Positions 9,017-17,506 of a stretch of 64,000 nt of DNA are shown here, piece by piece. This stretch comes from an uncultured bacterium (lineage in GTDB: Bacteria; Babelota; Babeliae; Babelales; Babelaceae), in assembly GCA_963717435.1 (NCBI GenBank), contig OY970332.1, positions 1,089,903-1,153,902 of the forward strand. Direction: 5' to 3'. The translations under genes and the position numbers were made by a program. The stretch's first letter is position 1. Every line of letters begins with the position of its first letter. The notes under the pieces were generated by a model. It did not search any database. It saw only the letters and a list, made by a program, of their open reading frames with translations, and had not been told where the DNA came from.

Positions 9017-12000
9017 TTAATTAACCGAAATATTTGTCCATGGAGCTGTAACTGCATTTAGGTTCGATATGTCTGTGGATATAGAGGTTGATCCTGAAAT
9101 AAATTGGCTGTATGGATTTGTGTTTTTTGTCGCAATGTTTTGAACAAATGCCGCAATTGTCGCGTTATTTGGCTCTATACGATATCCATAATCATTTCTT
9201 GAAGCTTGGCAGTTTCTTACAGTGTTATTTGCTCCATTCGCGTTTCTTATACCCACTGAACTTGCGGTTACACCAGCATTTGCCGTCTGACCCAATGCAA
9301 TACAGTTATACAACAACGAATCGTTACATGTATTTAAATCGAAACCAAATGCACCAAATAGTCCCGCGGTACTTGATGTTGCATTATTACTATCAGCAAA
9401 GCAACTTATACAAGAGAGCCTTATGGCATTATTGAAACTGAAACCATAAGCAATTGCAGATGCAGATGCACCAGTTGATATGTTATTTACGGCCCGCGAA
9501 TTTATAAATAAGTTGTCATTACAGTTTGCATTCACCAAGAACCCGTATGCCGTTGTCGTTCCACTATTTATGCCAGCAGTACAAGTATCGAATGTATTAC
9601 ATGTGGAAGATGAAACTAAATCGAAACCGTATATGGAACCGTTTGCTACCGTATTTGATCTTGCCGTGCAATATTTGAATGAACTGTTTGTTACAGCATT
9701 CATTAAGAAGCCAGAGCTTCCCGAGTTGTCGCACGCGTCAACAACAAGCATATCCACTTTAACTGAGTTATTAACACTTACTACTGTTAGGGTTAATGCA
9801 TTTGAAGTCAGACCGTTTAGATTAACGCGACAGGTATTGATTTTCAAATCAGAAGCATAGTTAATAAACAGTGGGCTATTTGCACCGTTGGCTGTTGAAC
9901 AAGAGAAAATATCGCAATTGTTAATTAGACCCTCGTTCAATGTACCAGTTCCGGACGTACCATTAAGGGCGATTCCACCAGTTGCGCAAGATGTTATTGT
10001 TGTGGCCAAAATCTTATAGCGATCAACGTTTGACTGCAGCGTCAAACCTGTTCCTGTAAATCCATTAATTCTGCCACCCGTTACTATAACATCGGTGTAA
10101 TTTGAGCTAACAACAACACCATTAACGCCCGTGCTTGCATTTGTTTGTCTTAAGGTGAAGCATGAAAGATCGAGTGTCACATACGAAGAGTTTATTGTTA
10201 TCGCTGTTGTGTTATTTGCGCCAGTAAATGATATATCTGAACCCAATCTATAGACGCCCGAAGTTGTTATCACGTACGGAGTTGAACCTGAACCAAAATT
10301 TGCTTGGGTTATTATTGTCGCCGCGCACTCATCCGCATTTAATGTTGCAAGTATTGTCCAGGTTGCCGCAAAGTCGTTTACTACTATAGTTTGTAAAGCT
10401 GCAATACTTGTAAATGTATTTAAAACGTTTGTATTTATTGTATTTAATACTGTGAATGTATTTGCGGTGCTTATATTTGCTATCGCCGTGAAAGTATTTA
10501 GCACGTTCGTGTTTATTGTCGCCAGTATCGTCCACGTATTATTAAAGTCTTGCTGAGTTTGCGCACAACACGCTGTCACTGAGTTTTTCAAGTCAGCGAT
10601 TGCTGTAAATGTATTTAGCACGTTGGTGTTTATTGTATTTAATACCGTAAATGTTGCCGCATTGCTTAGATTTGCGAGAATCGTCCACGTTGCTGCAAAG
10701 TCTGAAATTATTGTGTTATTGATAGCCGAAAGTATCGTCCATGTGCTATTGAAATCGTTAACAACTGTATTTTGCAGAGTTGCAATACTTGTGAAAGTAT
10801 TTAGCACGTTGGTATTTATTGTCGCCAATATTGTCCATGTATTATTAAAGTCTTGCTGCGTTTGCGCACAACATGCTGTCACAGTGTTTTGTAATTCTGC
10901 AATTGCTGTAAATGTATTTACGCTGCTTATATTTGCAAGTATCGTCCATGTGCTATTGAAATCGTTAACAACTGTATTTTGCAGAGTTGCGATACTCGTG
11001 AAAGTATTTAGCACGTTGGTATTTATTGTCGCCAATATTGTCCATGTATTATTAAAGTCTTGCTGCGTTTGCGCACAACACGCTGTCACTGAATTTTTCA
11101 AGTCAGCGATTGCTGTAAATGTATTTACGCTGCTTATATTTGCAAGTATCGTCCATGTGCTATTGAAATCGTTAACAACTGTATTTTGCAGAGTTGCGAT
11201 ACTCGTGAAAGTATTTAGCACGTTGGTATTTATTGTCGCCAGTATTGTCCATGTATTATTAAAGTCTTGCTGCGTTTGCGCACAACACGCTGTCACTGAA
11301 TTTTTTAAATCTGCGATTGCTGTAAATGTATTTACGCTGCTTATATTTGCAAGTATTGTCCATGTGCTATTAAAGTCTGAAACTATCGTGTTTTCGATAG
11401 CAGCTAATATTGTCCAAGTACTATTGAAATCGTTAACAACTGTATTTTGCAGATTCGCAATACTCGTGAAAGTATTTAGCACGTTGGTATTTATTGTCGC
11501 CAATATTGTCCATGTATTATTAAAGTCTTGCTGTGTTTGCGCACAACATGCTGTCACAGTGTTTTGTAATTCTGCAATTGCTGTAAATGTATTTACGCTG
11601 CTTATATTTGCAAGTATCGTCCATGTGCTATTAAAGTCTGAAACTATCGTGTTTAATATATTTGCTTCTATTGTCCAAGTACTATTGAAATCGTTAACAA
11701 CTGTATTTTGCAGATTCGCAATACTCGTGAAAGTATTTAGCACGTTCGTGTTTATTGTCGCCAATATTGTCCATGTATTATCAAAATCCTGCTGGGTTTG
11801 GGCACAACATGCTGTTAACGTGTTCTGTAATTCTGCAATTGCTGTAAATGTATTTACGCTGCTTATATTTGCAAGTATCGTCCATGTGCTATTAAAGTCT
11901 GAAACTATCGTGTTTAATATATTTGCTTCTATTGTCCAAGTACTATTGAAATCGTTAACAACTGTATTTTGCAGATTCGCAATACTCGTGAAAGTATTTA

Positions 12001-14569
12001 GCACGTTCGTGTTTATTGTCGCCAATATTGTCCATGTATTATCAAAATCCTGCTGAGTTTGCGCACAACATGCTGTTAACGTGTTTTGCAACTCTGCGAT
12101 TGCTGTAAATGTATTTACGCTGCTTATATTTGCAAGTATCGTCCATGTGCTATTAAAGTCGTTAACAACTGTATTTTGCAACTCTGCGATACTCGTGAAA
12201 GTATTTAGCACATTGGTATTTATTGTCGCCAATATTGTCCATGTATTATCAAAATCCTGCTGCGTTTGCGCACAACATGCTGTTAACGTGTTCTGTAATT
12301 CTGCAATTGCCGTAAACGTACCCGACAGGTCCACAACGGCTGTTGTCGTTGATATTGAAGCTTGTATCTGTGCTAATATTGTCCAGGTATTATTAAAGTC
12401 TTGCTGGGTTTGTGCACAACATGCTGTCACCGTCTCTTGTAACTCTGCAATCGCCGTAAATGTATTTAACACGTTTACATTTATCGTATTTAATACGGTA
12501 AATGTAGAACCCACTGACAGGTTATTTATCTCGTTACTTATAGCTGCAAGTATTGTCCATGTATTATTAAAGTCTTGTTGAGTTTGTTCACAACATGCTG
12601 TTACTGTGTTTTGTAACTCTGCAATTGCTGTAAATGTATTTAACACGTTTACATTTATCGTGTTCAATACTGTAAATGTCGAACCTATTGATAGGTTATT
12701 TATCTCATTACTTATAGCTGCAAGTATTGTCCATGTATTATTAAAGTCTTGTTGAGTTTGTGCACAACATGCTGTTACCGTGTTTTGCAACTCTGCAATT
12801 GCTGTAAATGTGCCCGATAGGTCCACAACTGCTGTTGTTGTTGATATTGAAGACTGTATCTGTGCAAGTATTGTCCATGTACTATTAAAATCCGTAACTA
12901 TCGTATTTTCGATCGCAGCTAATATTGTCCAAGTAGCATTGAAGTCGCTTTGTGTCTGAGCGCAACATGCCGTTACAGTGTTTTGTAATTCTGCAATTGC
13001 TGTAAACGTACCCGACAAATCTACGACAGCTGTTGTTGTTGCTATCGAAGATTGTATATGTGCAAGTATCGTCCATGTACTATTAAAATCTGTAACTATC
13101 GTATTTTCAATCGCAGCTAATATTGTCCAGGTATTATCAAAATCTTGTTGCGTTTGGGCACAACATGCTGTCACCGTGTTTTGCAACTCCGCAATTGCTG
13201 TAAATGTATTCACGCTGCTTATATTTGCAAGTATCGTCCATGTGCTATTAAAATCCGTAACTATCGTGTTTTCAATCGCAGCCAATATCGTCCAGGTATT
13301 ATCAAAATCTTGCTGAGTTTGAGCACAACATGCTGTCACCGTGTTTTGCAACTCCGCAATTGCTGTAAATGTATTCACGCTGCTTATATTTGCAAGTATC
13401 GTCCATGTGCTATTAAAATCCGTAATTATCGTGTTTTCAATCGCAGCCAGTATCGTCCAGGTATTATCAAAATCTTGCTGAGTTTGAGCACAACATGCCG
13501 TCAGCGTATTTTGTAACTCCGCAATTGCTGTAAATGTGGCATCAAATTGTGCACCAAATGTTATAACTATAGTCGGTGTTGTTAAAGTTGATAAAATCTC
13601 ATTTAAGAGAGAAAACGTTGTATTAAAATTATTTTGAGTTTGAACGCAACATGTTGTTACAGTATTTGTAAGATCAGCTAAAATTGTAAATGTGCTATTA
13701 AATTCTGTTGTTACTAAAGCAATTAAAGTATTTAATAACCCTATTATTGTACTTATTCCCTGGCATTGGGTTGAACTTATTGATGCCTGAATATTTAAAA
13801 GCAGCGCCAAAATATCAACGCCACCAACACAAAATTTTCCATTAACAACTAAATTGCCGCAAATTCTTAAAGAGTCATTAATTATTAATGCGCCAAGTCT
13901 TTTTATTTTGGCACCGCGTCTTGTTGCCGCCAAATCATCTGATGTTGAAATAGAGTTTTTATTAACTTCGTTTTGATATTCTTCTAATTTTGCCTGAATA
14001 CTCTTTAAATCTTGAATTAAGTTTTTCGCATCTTCTGAAGATAACCCGTTATCAAAAACCGCAGAGCCTACAGATTCATTGGATTCACCATATCTCTGAT
14101 GCATACTTTCGGTAAACTTTAAGCAACAATCTGATATTGTCTTTTCAATTAAAGAAATCTGATTTTCAAGTGGACTCAGGTCATACACAGACGCTATAGA
14201 ATATGACATGTTCCTAAATTCAGATGGATCCATTTGGTGCACATTTGATATATAATCTACGGCGCCTTCTGGGTATTCATTTTTGAGCTCTTTATAAGAT
14301 TCCAGATCACGGGTTAATTTTTCCAGAGCACCATTATCTCTTGCCGCTCTTTCTATTGCTTGCGCAAGTTGGGCCATCTTTTCTTCATCGCCTAACTGGC
14401 CACTTTCAGAAAAATTATCTTCACAAAATTCGGTTATTAAATCTAGCGGACGCCCGTGAGATAAGCCAAACGGATCAGAATTTTCTGGACAAAAACTATT
14501 GAACCAAAAAACAGAAATAAAAAATATAAGATAAACAGACAACTTGAAATGCTTCTTACGTATATTCAT
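9017..14569 (-). CDS. Giant secreted fibre-like protein: signal peptide, coiled-coil-like N-region, ~1,125-aa Cys-Cys module array, C-terminal beta-helix domain
   Basis: Uninterrupted 1,850-aa ORF with an N-terminal hydrophobic segment (LSVYLIFFISVFWFNSF). Charged helical stretches follow (EEKMAQLAQAIERAARDNGALEKLTRDLESYKELKNE). Residues ~286-1411 are modular repeats. Residues ~1412-1850 are homologous to the neighbouring beta-helix paralogs (VITTSGVYRLGSDISF...SSYVTLDLSCFTL). The C-terminus is ...APWTNISVN. Confidence 0.85.
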   Translation of the reverse strand: MNIRKKHFKLSVYLIFFISVFWFNSFCPENSDPFGLSHGRPLDLITEFCEDNFSESGQLGDEEKMAQLAQAIERAARDNGALEKLTRDLESYKELKNEYPEGAVDYISNVHQMDPSEFRNMSYSIASVYDLSPLENQISLIEKTISDCCLKFTESMHQRYGESNESVGSAVFDNGLSSEDAKNLIQDLKSIQAKLEEYQNEVNKNSISTSDDLAATRRGAKIKRLGALIINDSLRICGNLVVNGKFCVGGVDILALLLNIQASISSTQCQGISTIIGLLNTLIALVTTEFNSTFTILADLTNTVTTCCVQTQNNFNTTFSLLNEILSTLTTPTIVITFGAQFDATFTAIAELQNTLTACCAQTQQDFDNTWTILAAIENTIITDFNSTWTILANISSVNTFTAIAELQNTVTACCAQTQQDFDNTWTILAAIENTIVTDFNSTWTILANISSVNTFTAIAELQNTVTACCAQTQQDFDNTWTILAAIENTIVTDFNSTWTILAHIQSSIATTTAVVDLSGTFTAIAELQNTVTACCAQTQSDFNATWTILAAIENTIVTDFNSTWTILAQIQSSISTTTAVVDLSGTFTAIAELQNTVTACCAQTQQDFNNTWTILAAISNEINNLSIGSTFTVLNTINVNVLNTFTAIAELQNTVTACCEQTQQDFNNTWTILAAISNEINNLSVGSTFTVLNTINVNVLNTFTAIAELQETVTACCAQTQQDFNNTWTILAQIQASISTTTAVVDLSGTFTAIAELQNTLTACCAQTQQDFDNTWTILATINTNVLNTFTSIAELQNTVVNDFNSTWTILANISSVNTFTAIAELQNTLTACCAQTQQDFDNTWTILATINTNVLNTFTSIANLQNTVVNDFNSTWTIEANILNTIVSDFNSTWTILANISSVNTFTAIAELQNTLTACCAQTQQDFDNTWTILATINTNVLNTFTSIANLQNTVVNDFNSTWTIEANILNTIVSDFNSTWTILANISSVNTFTAIAELQNTVTACCAQTQQDFNNTWTILATINTNVLNTFTSIANLQNTVVNDFNSTWTILAAIENTIVSDFNSTWTILANISSVNTFTAIADLKNSVTACCAQTQQDFNNTWTILATINTNVLNTFTSIATLQNTVVNDFNSTWTILANISSVNTFTAIADLKNSVTACCAQTQQDFNNTWTILATINTNVLNTFTSIATLQNTVVNDFNSTWTILANISSVNTFTAIAELQNTVTACCAQTQQDFNNTWTILATINTNVLNTFTSIATLQNTVVNDFNSTWTILSAINNTIISDFAATWTILANLSNAATFTVLNTINTNVLNTFTAIADLKNSVTACCAQTQQDFNNTWTILATINTNVLNTFTAIANISTANTFTVLNTINTNVLNTFTSIAALQTIVVNDFAATWTILATLNADECAATIITQANFGSGSTPYVITTSGVYRLGSDISFTGANNTTAITINSSYVTLDLSCFTLRQTNASTGVNGVVVSSNYTDVIVTGGRINGFTGTGLTLQSNVDRYKILATTITSCATGGIALNGTSGTGTLNEGLINNCDIFSCSTANGANSPLFINYASDLKINTCRVNLNGLTSNALTLTVVSVNNSVKVDMLVVDACDNSGSSGFLMNAVTNSSFKYCTARSNTVANGSIYGFDLVSSSTCNTFDTCTAGINSGTTTAYGFLVNANCNDNLFINSRAVNNISTGASASAIAYGFSFNNAIRLSCISCFADSNNATSSTAGLFGAFGFDLNTCNDSLLYNCIALGQTANAGVTASSVGIRNANGANNTVRNCQASRNDYGYRIEPNNATIAAFVQNIATKNTNPYSQFISGSTSISTDISNLNAVTAPWTNISVN
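10336..13712 (-). repeat. In-frame coding tandem/modular repeat array inside the giant gene
   Basis: TACC(A/E)QTQ occurs 15 times plus one degenerate TTCCVQTQ. Modules are 54-100 aa. In the 3' part the unit is exactly 207 nt (cgctgcttatatttgcaag at 10921, 11128, 11335). Confidence 0.9.
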
Positions 14570-14792
14570 ATGCTCGCCCTTTTTTTACTACTCTAATTCA
14601 CGATACCAAACTTTTAGCAAAAAACAACAGTTGTTTTATAAAAAAAAATTTATCTATGTTGACACCACTTTTTTTGATTTGATAACGTAAATTCTGAAAA
14701 CAAAAACTTATTCAGAACAACTTAGCATAAGTATTAAAACTTTGGTGGGCATAATACAATAATATTCAAAAAAAATTTAGAAAGTTAAGATC

Positions 14793-15965
14793 ATGCAAAA
14801 TGTAAAAGATAATAAAATAGTTATAATTTTCACAAGTGTTATATACATATTAATTATTATTGGGCTAATATTTATCTACTCTTCAAGCTCTGTATTTGCA
14901 CTTGAAAAACTTGGAAGCGCAAATTTTTTTGTAAAAAAACAGCTGGCCGGGATTATTTTGGGATCAATTGGTCTATTTGCTTTAAGATTTATCCCAATTA
15001 AATTTATTTACAAATTAACGCCAGTAATTTTTATCTGTTCAATAATTTTAACATTATTGTCTATGACCAAATTTTTTGGGCAAACAATACATGGTTCAAG
15101 CAGATGGATAAATATTGGGGGAATCGGGTTTCAACCAAGCGAACTTTTAAAAATAAGCTTTATTTTATACGCAGCATATTTTATTGAAAAAAAAGGGAAC
15201 AAAATTAGAACCCTCTCAAAGGGATATGTCCCTTTTTTGGTCGTATTAGGATTAATATCTCTTATACTTTTAAAGCAGCCTGATTTTGGACAAACAATCA
15301 CAATAACCTCTACGGGGATAATTTTATTGTTTTTGGCAGGATGCAAAATAAAACATATTTTATTTACTTTGCTGGCAACAACGCCGATTTTAATTACTCT
15401 TATTACATTAAAGGCTTATAGATTAAAAAGAATATTAACATTTATGAATCCTTGGAACGATCCGCAAGGTTCTGGGTTTCAAATTATTCAGTCTTTAATA
15501 GCGGTCGGCTCCGGAAATTTTTGGGGTGTTGGAATAGCAAACTCTAAACAAAAGTTTTTTTACTTGCCCATGCAACACACAGATTTTGTATTTTCTATAA
15601 TTGCCGAAGAAACAGGCTTTTTGGGCTGCTTATTATTAGTACTACTATATATGATATTAATATACTCAGGTTTTGCGTTAGCTTCTAAAACAGAAAATCT
15701 TTTTTGTAGATTTACAATATTGGGCTTCACAATTTTAACTGGACTTCAAAGCATGATAAATATTTTTGTTGCCACAGGACTTGCGCCCACCAAAGGTATA
15801 GGTCTACCCTTTGTAAGTTATGGAATGTCATCAATAACATGTAACTTATTAATGGTGGGCATAATTATAAACTGTTTTCTTAATGAAAAAGAAATTGAAG
15901 AAGCAAAACTTACTTCTTCCAATTCATTATCAAATCAACGAGCAACCTTACACCAAACGCTGTAG
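14793..15965 (+). CDS. SEDS-family peptidoglycan glycosyltransferase (FtsW/RodA/SpoVE type)
   Basis: 390 aa, polytopic membrane protein with family motifs RWINIGGIGFQPSELLKI, QSLIAVGSGNFWGVG, PMQHTDFVFS and GIGLPFVSYGMSS. I cannot distinguish FtsW from RodA. Confidence 0.85.
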   Translation: MQNVKDNKIVIIFTSVIYILIIIGLIFIYSSSSVFALEKLGSANFFVKKQLAGIILGSIGLFALRFIPIKFIYKLTPVIFICSIILTLLSMTKFFGQTIHGSSRWINIGGIGFQPSELLKISFILYAAYFIEKKGNKIRTLSKGYVPFLVVLGLISLILLKQPDFGQTITITSTGIILLFLAGCKIKHILFTLLATTPILITLITLKAYRLKRILTFMNPWNDPQGSGFQIIQSLIAVGSGNFWGVGIANSKQKFFYLPMQHTDFVFSIIAEETGFLGCLLLVLLYMILIYSGFALASKTENLFCRFTILGFTILTGLQSMINIFVATGLAPTKGIGLPFVSYGMSSITCNLLMVGIIINCFLNEKEIEEAKLTSSNSLSNQRATLHQTL

Positions 15966-17415
15966 CACCTGGTCTATAATAGCTAATATCGGGAGTATCG
16001 AAGGCAACGCCCGCTATATCAAGATGTGCCCACGGAACATCGTCAACAAAGTTTTGCAAAAAATATGCTGCTGTTGTTGCGCCTGACATATATCTAGGGC
16101 TGCCAATATTACAAATGTCCGCAATATCAGACTTGATCGCAACTTTATAATCTTCATGTGTTGGAAGGCGCCAAACTTTGTCGCCAGAATGCTTAGCAGA
16201 TTCTTCTATTTTTTTTGCAATATCTTCATGCTCACTAAACAGGCCCGCATAGATTGGTCCTAGCGCAGCGGCACATGCACCAGTTAAAGTTGCAAGATCA
16301 ATAATATAATCAGGCTTATAATTTTTAACTGCATAAGAAAGAGCATCTGCTAAAATAAGTCTACCCTCTGCATCTGTATTTTTCACTTCGGCAGTTTTGC
16401 CATTATAAAACTTTAAAACATCTCCGGGTCTTATTGCTTTGCCGCTGGGCATATTTTCAACTAGCGGCGCTATTGCTATGACATTTATGTTTTTCGGCTT
16501 TAGCTGACCTATGGCACCCATAACAGCATTAACAACCGCAGAGCCTGCCATATCGTCTTTCATTGTTTCCATGGAATTTGCGGGCTTGATACTTAATCCG
16601 CCTGAATCGAAAGTAACGCCTTTGCCGACAATCACAAGTGTCTGATTTTTCGGATCGGTTTTATATTCTGCTATAACAAAACGGGGCTCATGATCTGACC
16701 CACGGCAAACGCCTTCAACTCCACCCATTCCAAGTTTTACAATTTCAGCTTCGCCAAAAATTTTATAGCTTACACCAAATGGCTCCGCAAATTTTTCATA
16801 TTCTTTTGATAAAATATCGGGAGAAGAGTTGCCTGCTGGTAGATCGCACCAATATCTTGCCTTATTTACAGACTTGGCGATTATTTTTCCAGTTTCGATT
16901 CCAGATTTAACTTTATCTGTGTTTTCAGAAAGTATAATAAATTTAAGTTCTCTTGAAAGTTTTCTGTGCTTTTCAGTTATAAAATCATCAAAATGATAAT
17001 CTGCCATCATTAATACCATAGCAGTTTCTTGAGCAATATTTTCAATATCGCGGCCAAAAAGTTTAGCATCAGGCAATGAAAGTGCTACTGAATCAAGTTT
17101 TGAGTGCTCGCAAAAACGCACAATTGCGCCTAGCGCCCTTCTATATTTTTCTATATCTAATAGCTCTTTTTTATTTTTGCCGATACCATAAATTAATAAG
17201 TAACAAGCACGGGAATCAACTGAGAAAGAGAGAGTTAATGCGCTGCCAGCAGAACCAGTAAAATTACGTTTTTTGATTACGTCTTCTAGCGCTGGAAAAA
17301 ACTTACTTAAACTTTCTGAAAGTTTTTTTGAATCAAAGTCTTGTTCGACAAAAATCGCATATCCGTCAGCTTTAATATCGCCTAACGCTTTTGATGAAAT
17401 TTCAAAATCTACCAT
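15910..17415 (-). CDS. pepA: Leucyl aminopeptidase, M17 family
   Basis: 501 aa with VGKGVTFDSGGLSIKP and NTDAEGRLILADAL signature motifs. Confidence 0.9.
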   Translation of the reverse strand: MVDFEISSKALGDIKADGYAIFVEQDFDSKKLSESLSKFFPALEDVIKKRNFTGSAGSALTLSFSVDSRACYLLIYGIGKNKKELLDIEKYRRALGAIVRFCEHSKLDSVALSLPDAKLFGRDIENIAQETAMVLMMADYHFDDFITEKHRKLSRELKFIILSENTDKVKSGIETGKIIAKSVNKARYWCDLPAGNSSPDILSKEYEKFAEPFGVSYKIFGEAEIVKLGMGGVEGVCRGSDHEPRFVIAEYKTDPKNQTLVIVGKGVTFDSGGLSIKPANSMETMKDDMAGSAVVNAVMGAIGQLKPKNINVIAIAPLVENMPSGKAIRPGDVLKFYNGKTAEVKNTDAEGRLILADALSYAVKNYKPDYIIDLATLTGACAAALGPIYAGLFSEHEDIAKKIEESAKHSGDKVWRLPTHEDYKVAIKSDIADICNIGSPRYMSGATTAAYFLQNFVDDVPWAHLDIAGVAFDTPDISYYRPGATAFGVRLLVDLIMNWKK

Positions 17416-17506
17416 TATTATACCCCGGGTAAAAAATTAAATTTTTTGTTAATTTATTTTTGTTAATTTAAGGGTACAAAAAGCTTAGATATCGCGCAAG
17501 TCAAAC

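Noticed and set aside
10623-13516. Long plus-strand ORFs (10623-12056, 12081-12581, 12978-13316, 13145-13516; up to 477 aa) inside the giant gene.
   Set aside because: They are antisense shadows of the in-frame repeat array: repetitive hydrophobic low-complexity translations (VHVLLKS...) with no signal or domain logic. The minus strand carries one uninterrupted 1,850-aa ORF with a signal peptide and a domain homologous to its neighbours.
10336-13712. CRISPR array, on account of the regular ~207-nt periodicity.
   Set aside because: There is no alternation of short identical repeats with unique spacers. The whole region is one open reading frame of shuffled peptide motifs, and no cas genes are present.
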